Of a stretch of DNA of 64,000 nt, positions 53,031-62,582 are shown one piece after another (within the stretch, counting starts at the first letter, position 1; each line of letters starts with the position of its first letter). The stretch covers positions 4,272-68,271 of the forward strand of contig MERQ01000020.1 in assembly GCA_001770655.1 (NCBI GenBank). The letters are read 5' to 3'. A program made the translations under genes and the position numbers. The notes below the pieces were generated by a model. That model was given only the letters and a program-made list of their open reading frames with translations, had not been told where the DNA came from and did no database searches. The DNA comes from Betaproteobacteria bacterium RIFCSPLOWO2_12_FULL_68_20. Its GTDB lineage: Bacteria > Pseudomonadota > Gammaproteobacteria > Burkholderiales > SG8-39.

Positions 53031-53180
53031 ATGGACAACTGGGCCTTCGGTATCACCATGACAATCGTCGGCGTGGGCGGTACTTTTCTCACGCTCTGGA
53101 TCCTGAGCCTGGTCATGAGCCTTCTGAAGAAGGTCTTTCCGCTTTCACCGGAAGAGAGCAAGACCGACAAGAAGCCTTAA
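53031..53180 (+). CDS. Na+-translocating decarboxylase small (gamma/delta, OadG-like) subunit
   Basis: 49 aa, MDNWAFGITMTIVGVGGTFLTLWILSLVMSLLKKVFP..., a single TM helix directly upstream of the beta subunit. Not in the supplied ORF track. Confidence 0.7.
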   Translation: MDNWAFGITMTIVGVGGTFLTLWILSLVMSLLKKVFPLSPEESKTDKKP

Positions 53181-53196
53181 CGAGGGAGAAAAGAAC

Positions 53197-54348
53197 ATGC
53201 TGGAGAGCATCCTAAGGGGCCTCTCCGGGCTGGGCAGCGGCGGGATCGAGCTGTTCTCATCGCAGGGGCTGCCGAACCTGGTCATGCTGTTCGTCGCCGC
53301 CGGGCTGCTCTACCTCGGCGTGAAGAAGCAGGTGGAGCCGCTCCTTCTCGTTCCCATCGGCTTCGGCGGCCTGCTCGCGAACGTCCCGCTCGGCGACCTC
53401 ATGCAAGAGGGCGGCCTGCTGCGCATCCTCTACGACATGGGCATCTCGAACGAGCTGTTCCCGCTGCTCATCTTCATCGGCATCGGGGCCATGATCGATT
53501 TCGGCGTGCTGCTGGAGAACCCGAAGATCCTGCTGTTCGGCGCGGCGGGGCAGATCGGCATCTTCCTTACGCTGCTGCTCGCTTTGGGGTTGGGATTCAC
53601 GCAGCTCGAGGCGGTGAGCATCGCCATCATCGGGGCAATGGACGGCCCGACCGCGATCTACGTGACTTCGCAGTTCGCGCCGCACCTTCTCGGCGCGGTC
53701 TCGGTCGCCGCGTATTCGTACATGGCGCTCGTTCCGATCATCCAGCCGCCGATCATGAGGGCGCTCACCACGCAGAAGGAGCGCGTGGTGCGCATGGGCA
53801 CGCTGAAAAAGAGCGTCTCTCCTACCGCGAAGCTGCTTTTCCCCATCGTCGTGACGCTGGTGACCGGGCTCATCGCGCCGAAGGGCCTGCCCCTCATGGG
53901 AACTATCATGCTTGGCAATTTCATGCGCGAGTGCGGCGTGGTCGCCCGGCTGACCAAGGCCTCCGAGAACGAGATCGCGAACATAGTGACGCTGTTCCTC
54001 GGGCTTGCTATCGGGGGCACGATGGAGGGCAAGGCGTTTCTCACGCCGCAGACGCTCTTGATCTTCGGGCTCGGATTCATCGCCATCTGCCTCGACACCG
54101 TGGCAGGCGTGCTCTTCGGCAAGCTGGTGTGCTGGGCGAGCGGCGGCAAGGTCAACCCGCTCGTCGGCGCGGCCGGCATCTCGGCCTACCCGATGGCCGC
54201 GCGGGTGGTGCAGGTCCAGGGGCAGCGCTACGACAAGAGGAATTACCTCCTCATGCACGCCGCCGGAGCGAACACCGGCGGGCAGATCGGCTCGGTGATG
54301 GCCGCCGCCGTGATGCTGTCGGTACTCAATGGCATGGGCCTGATCTAG
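53197..54348 (+). CDS. Na+-translocating decarboxylase beta subunit (OadB/GcdB family)
   Basis: EPLLLVPIGFG, PLLIFIGIGAMIDFG, IIGAMDGPTAIY, AAYSYMALVPIIQPP and AGANTGGQIGS. Confidence 0.92.
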   Translation: MLESILRGLSGLGSGGIELFSSQGLPNLVMLFVAAGLLYLGVKKQVEPLLLVPIGFGGLLANVPLGDLMQEGGLLRILYDMGISNELFPLLIFIGIGAMIDFGVLLENPKILLFGAAGQIGIFLTLLLALGLGFTQLEAVSIAIIGAMDGPTAIYVTSQFAPHLLGAVSVAAYSYMALVPIIQPPIMRALTTQKERVVRMGTLKKSVSPTAKLLFPIVVTLVTGLIAPKGLPLMGTIMLGNFMRECGVVARLTKASENEIANIVTLFLGLAIGGTMEGKAFLTPQTLLIFGLGFIAICLDTVAGVLFGKLVCWASGGKVNPLVGAAGISAYPMAARVVQVQGQRYDKRNYLLMHAAGANTGGQIGSVMAAAVMLSVLNGMGLI

Positions 54349-54377
54349 CCGCCAACGGTTCGCGAGCGGTGGATCGC

Positions 54378-54412
54378 TTGACATATTTCCATATTTCCGC
54401 GATTATCGAAAC
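54378..54412 (+). promoter_or_regulatory. Sigma70 promoter with an imperfect ArsR-type operator
   Basis: TTGACA (54378-54383), a 17-nt spacer, GATTAT (54401-54406); ATATTTCC tandem repeat; imperfect inverted repeat TTTC...GAAA. Confidence 0.5.
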
Positions 54413-54760
54413 ATGGTTACGGTTTCCAAGGTCGCCGCCTACGCCGACATGTTCTCCGCGATGGGGACCGAGCCGCGGCTGCGCATCCTGCGCCTTCTGC
54501 TGGCGGCGCATCCCGAGGGGCTGGTGGCCGGCGCCATCCAGTCGGAGCTCGACATCCCGAATTCGACCCTTTCCCACCATCTGGAGAAGTTGCGCAGCGA
54601 GGATCTGGTCGAGGCGCGGCGCGAGGGAACCTTCCTCTGGTACACCGCGAACACAGGAACGCTTCAGGAACTGCTTGGATTTCTCTTCGAGGAATGCTGC
54701 TGCCGCACGAGCGCCGTTCCCCGTGAAAACATCGTCAGGATTCAGCCAATGCGGAGATAG
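54413..54760 (+). CDS. arsR: ArsR/SmtB family transcriptional repressor
   Basis: FSAMGTEPRLRILRLL, STLSHHLEKL, REGTFLWY and C-terminal EECCCR. Confidence 0.9.
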   Translation: MVTVSKVAAYADMFSAMGTEPRLRILRLLLAAHPEGLVAGAIQSELDIPNSTLSHHLEKLRSEDLVEARREGTFLWYTANTGTLQELLGFLFEECCCRTSAVPRENIVRIQPMRR

Positions 54761-54765
54761 ATCAA

Positions 54766-55512
54766 ATGGATGCCAGCGACATTCGCAACGCAGTAAAGCG
54801 CAAGTATGCCGAGGCCGCGCGCAGTGCGACGTCGGGTGAGAGGTCCTGCTGCGGCACTTCGTGTGGCAGCGACAATGCAATCACTTCGCATCTGTATGCG
54901 CCCGAGCAAATGGCCGATGTCCCCGAAACCGCGCTGCGTGCCTCGCTCGGCTGCGGCAACCCCAGCGCCCTCGCGCAACTGCGCGCCGGGGAGATCGTGC
55001 TCGACCTGGGCTCCGGCGGCGGCATCGACGTGCTGCTCTCCGCAAAGCGGGTCGGCCCGACCGGGAAAGCCTACGGCCTGGACATGACCGAAGAAATGCT
55101 GCGCCTGGCACGGGACAACCAGCGCCAGGCGGGCGTGACCAACGCCGAGTTCCTGCAGGGCGAGATGGAAAACATCCCGTTGCCCGACAAGTCCGTAGAC
55201 GTGATCATCTCGAACTGCGTGATCAACCTGTCCGCGGACAAGGACCGCGTCCTGTCCGAGGCATTCCGCGTGCTTCGGCCCGGAGGCCGCTTCGCGGTGT
55301 CCGACGTCGTGTCGCGGGGCGAGATACCCGACGAGATCCGGCGCAACCTCGAACTCTGGACCGGATGCATTGCCGGCGCACTGGACGAGAGCGACTATCT
55401 GGGCAAGCTGCAGGCCGCCGGCTTCGTCGACGCGAGCATCGAGCCGACGCGCGTCTACGGCGACGGGCGATTTTTCGGCGCCTTTGTGCGCGCGAGGAAG
55501 CCGCTCACATGA
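54766..55512 (+). CDS. arsM: Arsenite S-adenosylmethionine methyltransferase
   Basis: [29 protein letters not shown] and WTGCIAGAL. Confidence 0.92.
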   Translation: MDASDIRNAVKRKYAEAARSATSGERSCCGTSCGSDNAITSHLYAPEQMADVPETALRASLGCGNPSALAQLRAGEIVLDLGSGGGIDVLLSAKRVGPTGKAYGLDMTEEMLRLARDNQRQAGVTNAEFLQGEMENIPLPDKSVDVIISNCVINLSADKDRVLSEAFRVLRPGGRFAVSDVVSRGEIPDEIRRNLELWTGCIAGALDESDYLGKLQAAGFVDASIEPTRVYGDGRFFGAFVRARKPLT

Positions 55513-55538
55513 CCAGCGACGCTGCGGAGTTTCGCCGC

Positions 55539-55700
55539 TCAGCCCCTGATGAGCCGCGGCAGCATCATCAGGTGCCGCGGGCAGATGGATTCCGGGTTCT
55601 GGTAGACGGCACCGGCAAACGCCTTGAGATAGCCGCGTAACGCGGCGAGATTCACGATCTCGTCGACGAAGCCGTAGCGCGCGCAGGGGGATGGGGTTGA
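55539..55700 (-). pseudogene. gcdA: 3' fragment of a glutaconyl-CoA decarboxylase alpha (carboxyltransferase) subunit
   Basis: CARYGFVDEIVNLAALRGYLKAFAGAVYQNPESICPRHLMMLPRLIRG* matches the GcdA C-terminus as recalled (..GLVDEIV..RGY..AF..AYQNPESICP.HQM.LPR). There is no upstream GcdA sequence. Confidence 0.7.
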
Positions 55701-55766
55701 TCTAACCGCTTCTTGGGCCGGAAGCGGGTAGCGAGCGCCGCTGCCGGTACCCGCGCCCACAGTCGC

Positions 55767-56966
55767 TTACAGGTATTTCTTGAGCTCCAGCCTGCCGATT
55801 TGGTTGCGGTGGACCTCATCCGGACCGTCAGCGATACGCAGCATCCGCGCATTGGCGTAGGCCCTGGCCAGGCCGAAGTCGTTGATGACGCCCGCGCCGC
55901 CGTGCGCCTGGATCGCCCAATCGATCACGCGGCAGGCCATGTTGGGCGCCGCCACCTTGATCATCGCGATCTCGGCCTTCGCCACCTTGTTGCCCACGGT
56001 GTCCATCATGTAAGCCGCCTTGAGCACCAGCAGGCGGGCCTGCTCGATCAGGATGCGCGATTCGGCGATGCGCTCGAGCGTCACCGTCTGCTCGGATATC
56101 GGTTTGCCGAAAGCCACACGCTTCATCGTGCGCCGGCACATGCTCTCCAGCGACCGCTCGGCCAGCCCGATGAGGCGCATGCAATGGTGGACGCGCCCCG
56201 GCCCCAAGCGCCCTTGCGCAATCTCGAAGCCGCGACCCTCGCCCAACAGAATGTTGCTGACCGGCACGCGCACGTTCTCGAACTTGACCTCCGAGACGCG
56301 GTCCAGGGCATCGAACCCGAACACCGGCAGCGGGCGGATCACCGTCACCCCCTTCGACTCAAGCGGCACCAAGATCATCGACTGTTGCTTGTGCCGGTCC
56401 GGATTGTCCTGATCGGTCTTGCCCATGAAGATGAAAAGCTTGCAGCGAGGATCGGGGGCGCCCGAGGAGAACCACTTGCGGCCGTTGATCACGTATTCAT
56501 TGCCGTCGCGCTTGATCGACGCTTGGATATTGGTGGCATCGCTGGAAGCCACTCCCGGCTCGGTCATCGCGAAGCAGGAGCGGATCTTGCCGTCCAGCAG
56601 CGGTTCCAGCCATTGCTTTTTCTGCTCATCGGTGCCGTAGCGCACCAGCACTTCCATGTTGCCGGTATCCGGCGCCGAGCAGTTGAACACTTCCGGCGCC
56701 CACGTCACGCCGCCCATGATCTCGCAAAGCGGCGCGTATTCGAGGTTGGTGAGCGTGCCGCCATGCGACTTGGGCAGGAACAGGTTCCACAGGCCCTCGG
56801 CCCTGGCCTTCTGCTTGAGATCCTCGATCTTCATTGAATAACTGAACGGCCCGCCCTGGTCGATGTCCTGCTGGATCTGTGCCTCGCTCGGATAGATGTG
56901 CTCCTCCATGAAGCCCTTGAGGCGCGCCTGTAGGTTTTTCACTTTCTGTGAATAGTTGAATTCCAT
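55767..56966 (-). CDS. Acyl-CoA dehydrogenase (ACAD10/11-like)
   Basis: [42 protein letters not shown] and [10 protein letters not shown]. Confidence 0.9.
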   Translation of the reverse strand: MEFNYSQKVKNLQARLKGFMEEHIYPSEAQIQQDIDQGGPFSYSMKIEDLKQKARAEGLWNLFLPKSHGGTLTNLEYAPLCEIMGGVTWAPEVFNCSAPDTGNMEVLVRYGTDEQKKQWLEPLLDGKIRSCFAMTEPGVASSDATNIQASIKRDGNEYVINGRKWFSSGAPDPRCKLFIFMGKTDQDNPDRHKQQSMILVPLESKGVTVIRPLPVFGFDALDRVSEVKFENVRVPVSNILLGEGRGFEIAQGRLGPGRVHHCMRLIGLAERSLESMCRRTMKRVAFGKPISEQTVTLERIAESRILIEQARLLVLKAAYMMDTVGNKVAKAEIAMIKVAAPNMACRVIDWAIQAHGGAGVINDFGLARAYANARMLRIADGPDEVHRNQIGRLELKKYL

Positions 56967-57075
56967 CTCACTTCCTTCTCGGTTCGTTGATCATCCGGCG
57001 TCGCCGTCCGGTGAAGTCGGCAACCAGAGCGGTAAACTGGTGCGACCACGTGCGGCATGTTTGCGGGGGGCCGAT

Positions 57076-57852
57076 ATGAGTGTAAGGCAACTGTTCGATC
57101 TGACCGGCAGGGTGGCGCTTATCACTGGCGGGTCGCGCGGGCTGGGCCTACAGATCGGCGAAGCACTGGGCGAGATGGGTGCGAAGATCGCCATCAGCGC
57201 GCGCAAGCAGCCAGAATTGGACGCAGCGGCAGCGCATCTCGAGAGGCAGGGCGTCGAGGTCATGACGGCCGCTTGCGACCTGCAGGACCCGAAGGCTGCC
57301 AAACCGTTGGTGGAGGAGGTGCTCGCCAAATTTGAGCGCCTCGACGTCCTGGTCAACAACGCCGGGACCACGTGGGGCGCACCCGCGGAAGAGCATCCGC
57401 TGGAAGCCTGGAACAAGGTGATCAACCTGAATCTCACTGCGGTGTTTGCGCTGAGCCAGACTGCGGCCAATCTCGCGATGATTCCGGCCCGCTACGGGCG
57501 TATCGTCAACATCGCATCGATTGCGGGGCTTTCCGGCACGCATATCGACGTTATGTGCACCATCGCGTACAACACTAGCAAAGGCGGCGTGGTGAACTTC
57601 ACCCGATCCCTGGCCGCGGAGTGGGCACGCTACAACATCACCGTGAACGCCATTGCACCCGGTTTTTTCCCGAGCAAGATGGCCAAGGTGATGATCGAAA
57701 CTCACAAGGACGCCATCATGCAGTTCACGCCGCTCAGGCGTCTCGGCGGCGCGGAGGACCTGAAGGGCGTAGCCGTGCTGCTGGCTTCCGACGCCTCCGG
57801 CTTCATCACAGGCCAGACGATCGCCGTCGATGGCGGCGTGAGCGCCATCTAG
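57076..57852 (+). CDS. SDR family oxidoreductase
   Basis: TGGSRGLG, NNAG, catalytic YNTSK and APGFFPSKM. Confidence 0.9.
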   Translation: MSVRQLFDLTGRVALITGGSRGLGLQIGEALGEMGAKIAISARKQPELDAAAAHLERQGVEVMTAACDLQDPKAAKPLVEEVLAKFERLDVLVNNAGTTWGAPAEEHPLEAWNKVINLNLTAVFALSQTAANLAMIPARYGRIVNIASIAGLSGTHIDVMCTIAYNTSKGGVVNFTRSLAAEWARYNITVNAIAPGFFPSKMAKVMIETHKDAIMQFTPLRRLGGAEDLKGVAVLLASDASGFITGQTIAVDGGVSAI

Positions 57853-57951
57853 GCGCGAGCTGCTCCAGACTGGAATTCCGGGGATCGATGATCATGGGCA
57901 AGAGTAATCCGGATGACCAGATCGCCACCGCCAGCAGTCGATGATCGTCGC

Positions 57952-58985
57952 ATGAACGGGCACGACAATCCGGACCTGGGCCGGCTGACGGCGTACTTCG
58001 AGCGCCATGTACAAGGCACTAGTGGCGCGCTCGTGGCCGAACGGTTCACCGGCGGACAGTCCAATCCAACGTATCGCATCGCGGACAGTGCGGGGCACCG
58101 TTTCGTGTTGCGAAAGAAGCCTTCGGGAGTACTCCTGCCATCCGCTCACGCCGTTGACCGTGAATACCGTGTGCTGAAGGCACTGCAGGAAACCGACGTA
58201 CCCGTTCCCCGCGTGCTGGCTTATTGCGACGATCCCCGCGTGATTGGAACTCCGTTCTATGTCATGGAGTTCGTAGAGGGCCGTATCTTCTGGGACCCGA
58301 CGCTGCCTGAGCTGTCGCCGGCAGATCGCACAGCCCTTTATGAGGATGTAAACCGCATGGTGGCGACCCTGCATCGTGTGGACGTCGGAGCGGTCGGACT
58401 GGGGGACTATGGACGTCCTGGTCGGTTTATGGAGCGACAGATCGCGCGATGGACAAAGCAGTATCTGGCTGCCGCCACGGAGCCCATCGAAGCTATGGAC
58501 CGGCTCATCCACTGGTTGTCTGCGCACATGCCGCCCGGGGACGAGTCGGCGGTTTTTCACGGCGACCTACGACTGGACAACATGATCGTCCATCCTGTTG
58601 AGCCGCGCGTGTTGGCCGTACTGGACTGGGAATTGTCCACGATCGGGCATCCCTTGGCGGACCTTGCGTACCACATGCTGCCCTGGCATTTGACGGCGCA
58701 ACAGTTTCGCGGCATGGCCGACAAGCCGCTGGCGGCACTCGGCATTCCGTCCGAGAACCAATACTTGCGCGCCTATTGTTCGCGCGTCGGTCGACGCGAC
58801 GTCGAGCCACGGAGTGGTCGTTCTATGTCGCCTATGCGATGTTTCGGCTCGCAGCGATCCTGCAAGGCATCCTCAAGCGTTCGCTGGATGGCACCGCATT
58901 CGACAAGCACGCGCGTGAAACCGGGATGAAAGCGGGCTCGATCGCGGCCGTGGCCTGGAAGTACGCGAGCTCAACGGTACCGTGA
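57952..58985 (+). pseudogene. Phosphotransferase (APH / ACAD10-11 kinase-like), frameshifted near 58812
   Basis: GGQSNPTY, SAHAVDREY, HGDLRLDN and LDWELSTIGHPLAD. The conserved tail EWSFYVAYAMFRLAAILQGI is in another frame; one G is missing in CGG/GAG at 58810-58814. Confidence 0.85.
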
Positions 58986-59007
58986 ACGACCATTGTCAAT
59001 CGAACAT

Positions 59008-59694
59008 CTAATGTTCTGGCGCGAAGACATCGTCGGGAAGTTCCGCGATCGCCGCGAGAACTGATTTGAAATGCCGCCGCACCGCCAACGCGGCTTTTGG
59101 TGCGGAGCCTTGCGACACCGCGTCTGCGATGAGCTGGAAATCATGCAGCCGTGCATCCCTTGATTGGTAGTCACGGAATTGGGTACGGATTAGATTGATC
59201 TGAACGCCGGGCACCAGTCTTGCCAATTCCCGATTACCGCCGATATGCACCAGCGCACGATAGAAGGCGTTCCTTGCCCGCGCGAATTCGAAGGAGTCGC
59301 CGGCGGCCTTGAAAGCCAGGAGCCGGTCAAAACTCTCTCGCAGCACCTTGCGGTTATCCGCCACCATGATTTTCCCGGCGGCCAATCTGGCGGCGAGCGC
59401 AATGAGCGCCTCGCCGACGGCGAGGATGTCCATGGCTTCGGCGCGGGTAAGCAAGCGGATCTGGGCGCCGCGATTGAAGCTGAGGGTGACCACGCCTTCG
59501 GCTGCAAGGCGGTTCAGCCCCTCACGGATCGATCCGCGGGCGACTTTGAACTCTCGCACGAGGTCGGCCTCGACCAGGCGCTGACCGGCTACGTATTTGC
59601 CGCGGTATAGTCCCTCGAGAATGGCGCGATAGACCCTGTAAGGCGCGCTTGCTGCCTCGAGATTGGCGAGTGCTGCATTGCTGGCGGGAATCAT
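59008..59694 (-). CDS. GntR family (FCD) transcriptional regulator
   Basis: YVAGQRLVEADLVREFKVARGSIREGLNRLAAEGVV HTH plus an FCD domain. The start is uncertain. Confidence 0.88.
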   Translation of the reverse strand: MIPASNAALANLEAASAPYRVYRAILEGLYRGKYVAGQRLVEADLVREFKVARGSIREGLNRLAAEGVVTLSFNRGAQIRLLTRAEAMDILAVGEALIALAARLAAGKIMVADNRKVLRESFDRLLAFKAAGDSFEFARARNAFYRALVHIGGNRELARLVPGVQINLIRTQFRDYQSRDARLHDFQLIADAVSQGSAPKAALAVRRHFKSVLAAIAELPDDVFAPEH

Positions 59695-59911
59695 CGGGCG
59701 CTCCCGGGCTGCCTGCGCCAGCCGGGGCGGTCGCGACCACCCACCAGCCCCGCCTGCACGCGCTGCTTCAGCAGACGGCGGGATCGAAAGCGTTCCCCGT
59801 AGGCATCGAACATGATTTCCTGCGCTTGCAGGCAGAGACTCGACGTCGTGGCGTCCATCAGCAAGTCGTCTTCGAACCCGAGCGGGCGCTCGCCCGTCGG
59901 GGAAAGCCCGA

Positions 59912-59941
59912 TTGACATTGTCAGACAAAATTGTAAGATAA
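59912..59941 (+). promoter_or_regulatory. Sigma70 promoter overlapped by tandem GntR/FadR-type operator palindromes
   Basis: TTGACA (59912-59917), 16-nt spacer, TAAGAT (59934-59939); palindrome TTGTC-A-GACAA (59918-59928) and a degenerate copy TTGTAAGATAA (59931-59941). Confidence 0.6.
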
Positions 59942-60193
59942 ACACGGACCGCAGCACAAGCGAGCGGCGCGTTACGTGCATTGGTGCGTGCGCGCCGATA
60001 TAGCTCCAAACCCAGGAGGCGATTTTTGTGATCGAGATCAAGTCGCCGATCGTCGCCACGATATTCGATGTGTGATCGCAATCGTCACGTCGCGGCAAGA
60101 CCTGGAGGGCAAACCGATGGCGCTACTGCGCCTTGCGTCCAGGCGATCAATCCTTAGGCCGATCGCATAACCATCGAAAAGGAGATAGTTCCA

Positions 60194-61075
60194 ATGTCGT
60201 TTTCCATGCAGACCCCGATCAAGGCCGAATTCGACGACCTCATCTACGAGGAGAAAGGCGATGTCGCGACGATCACGCTGAATCGGCCGAAGGTCGTCAA
60301 CGCCCTCTCGGTCAAGGTCTCCGACGAGCTGGTGGCGGCGGTGGAGAAGGTGCGCCAGTCGGAATCGATCAAGATCCTGGTGTTCCGCGGGGCAGGAGGC
60401 AACTTTTGCGCCGGCGACGATCTGAAAGAGTTTCTCAACTTGCCGGAGTGGGGCGACTCGAACCGCGCCTTCCGCCGCGCGCGCTTCTACCAGGACATGG
60501 CGTACTCCATCGAGGAGCTCGACAAGATCACAATCGCCGCGGTCGACGGATTCGCCGTCGGCGGCGGCCTGGAGCTCACGATGGCGTGCGACTTCGTGAT
60601 CGCGACCGAGCGCGCCAAGTGGGGCATGCCGGAGGCCGACTGGGGCATCACGCCCGGCTGGGGCGGCACCACGCGCATGGCGCGTCTCATTGGCCGCCGC
60701 AGGACCAAGGAGATCAACATCCTCGCTGCGCTGCATCCCGCCAAGACTGCGGTGGAATGGCATCTGTGGAACCGCGTCGTGCCCGACGACGCCCTGGACG
60801 CCGAGGTGGGGACGCTCATCGACCTGCTGCGCAGGAAAAATCAGCAGACCATGCGCCAACTCAAGTACATCATCAACAAGGGCGTGGAATGCGACCAGTA
60901 CACGGCGCAGGCGATGGAAGCGTTGTCGGCCGGCTGGACGTTCGAGCTTCTGCGCAGAGGCGTGGTGCGCGATCACGATGCGACCGCGGGACTCGAGGCG
61001 TTCCGCGACAAGAACGCGCTGCAAAAGAACCGGCGCAACGCGGCGCGCGACTTCTGGACCAAGCCGGCGATCTGA
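60194..61075 (+). CDS. Enoyl-CoA hydratase/isomerase family protein
   Basis: ITLNRP, FCAGDDL, AVGGGLEL and MPE..WGITPGWGG. Confidence 0.88.
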   Translation: MSFSMQTPIKAEFDDLIYEEKGDVATITLNRPKVVNALSVKVSDELVAAVEKVRQSESIKILVFRGAGGNFCAGDDLKEFLNLPEWGDSNRAFRRARFYQDMAYSIEELDKITIAAVDGFAVGGGLELTMACDFVIATERAKWGMPEADWGITPGWGGTTRMARLIGRRRTKEINILAALHPAKTAVEWHLWNRVVPDDALDAEVGTLIDLLRRKNQQTMRQLKYIINKGVECDQYTAQAMEALSAGWTFELLRRGVVRDHDATAGLEAFRDKNALQKNRRNAARDFWTKPAI

Positions 61076-61085
61076 TCGACGTATC

Positions 61086-62582
61086 GTGCGCCGCGAGCAC
61101 CTGAGCAGCCTGCGCAGCACCCTCGCGTGGCTCGGCGACGAGGTCAAATACCTTCGCGCCGAGGTCGATCCGGTGCTGGAGATGACTGCCATCAACAAGG
61201 CCTTCGACGACGGGCCGGTGTTCGTTGCCGAAAACATAACCGGCTATTCCCACGCCCGATACGTCGCCAGCCTGTTCGGCCGCAGGGACCGGGTTTGCCG
61301 CCTCCTCGGAGTGCAGTCCCAGAAAGAGGCGGCGCAGCGGATCCTGGAGGCTTTGCGACACCCGGTCGCGCCGGTGATCGTGTCGGATGCTCCCTGTCAG
61401 GAAATCGTGACCCCCGGGAAGGACGTCGATCCATTCGCGCTTTTCCCGATGGTCAAGCACACGCCGGTGGACGGCGGCCGCTTTTTCGGCTCCGGGGTGC
61501 ACCTGATCGGCGGGAAATACGCGGATGGAAAGAGTCAACTTGCGTTTTACCGCATGAGCTTTCGCGGCCGGGACTTCGCGTCGATCAACATGTTTCCCGG
61601 CGGGCATGGCGATCAAATCGCCCAGCGGCACTTCGGAGAAAAAATCCCCTGCACGGTCAACATCTGCCCGCCGCCGATGGTGGAGTTCGTGGCAGGCGGC
61701 TCGCTGAACCCGATCATTTTCCCGACCGCACCGGATGAGTTGGGACTCGCCGGCGCGTTGCAGGGGGCGCCGGTCGAGCTCGTCAGGGCGCGCACCGTGG
61801 ACGCCTACGCGATCGCCCGCTCGGAGTGGGTGATCGAGGGCTACATCGTGACCAACGAGCGCGTGTGGGAGACCGAGGAGGCCGAAGAGCTCGGGGTACA
61901 AGGCAAGGCCATGTTCCACCCCGAATACGCCGGCTACGTAGGCCGCGCGTATCGGTGCAGAAAATTCGAAGTCACCGCGGTGACCCATCGGGCGGACAAG
62001 CCCTATTACTACGTCCCCTATTTCGGGAATATCTGGGCGTACCTCCCCTTCGTCAGCGCCAATTACCTGGAGCTGTGCGAGCGCATCGCCCCCGGCTTCG
62101 CCCTGGACGCTACTTCCATGACCGGGCTCATCACCTGGGGCGGCGTCATCATCCAGGTGAAGAAGCGCAGGGCCACCGACGAGGGCCTGCAGCGCAACAT
62201 CCTCACTGCGGCGATGGGGATAAGCCGCGGCCTGCGGCTTGTGGTCGTCGTCGACGAGGATGTCGATATCTACCAGCCGGAGAGCGTTCTCTGGGCGATC
62301 GCCACACGGGTCGATCCGAAGTCCGACGTCGTGATCGGCGGAGGCGGCCGCGGCCAGGCGTTCGTGCCGTCCGCGGCTGTTCCCGAGGGCAAAGGGACTT
62401 TCGGCACCTGCCTCGGCGTCGACGCAACCGTCCCCTGGTCGATGAAGGACCAGTTCGCGCGCACGCGCTATCCGGTGGACGCGGTCGATTTCTCGAAATG
62501 GTTCACTGCGGAGGAGATCCGCTCGATGCGCGAGCACCAGAGCGAGTATCTCCGCCATCTCGGCATGACGGGTTTCAGCTGA
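61086..62582 (+). CDS. UbiD-family prFMN-dependent decarboxylase, phthaloyl-CoA decarboxylase-like
   Basis: UbiD motifs (YRM, ELGLAGALQGAPV, EGY, VVVDEDVDI, WAIATRVDP, GVDATVP) plus FHPEYAGYVG, WGGVIIQVKKR, EGLQRN and GRGQ.F.P. Confidence 0.9.
   Translation: MRREHLSSLRSTLAWLGDEVKYLRAEVDPVLEMTAINKAFDDGPVFVAENITGYSHARYVASLFGRRDRVCRLLGVQSQKEAAQRILEALRHPVAPVIVSDAPCQEIVTPGKDVDPFALFPMVKHTPVDGGRFFGSGVHLIGGKYADGKSQLAFYRMSFRGRDFASINMFPGGHGDQIAQRHFGEKIPCTVNICPPPMVEFVAGGSLNPIIFPTAPDELGLAGALQGAPVELVRARTVDAYAIARSEWVIEGYIVTNERVWETEEAEELGVQGKAMFHPEYAGYVGRAYRCRKFEVTAVTHRADKPYYYVPYFGNIWAYLPFVSANYLELCERIAPGFALDATSMTGLITWGGVIIQVKKRRATDEGLQRNILTAAMGISRGLRLVVVVDEDVDIYQPESVLWAIATRVDPKSDVVIGGGGRGQAFVPSAAVPEGKGTFGTCLGVDATVPWSMKDQFARTRYPVDAVDFSKWFTAEEIRSMREHQSEYLRHLGMTGFS

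Noticed and set aside
59691-60098. 135-aa ORF between gntR and the crotonase
   Set aside because: It has no recognisable motif and spans the promoter/operator region, so it is more likely intergenic.
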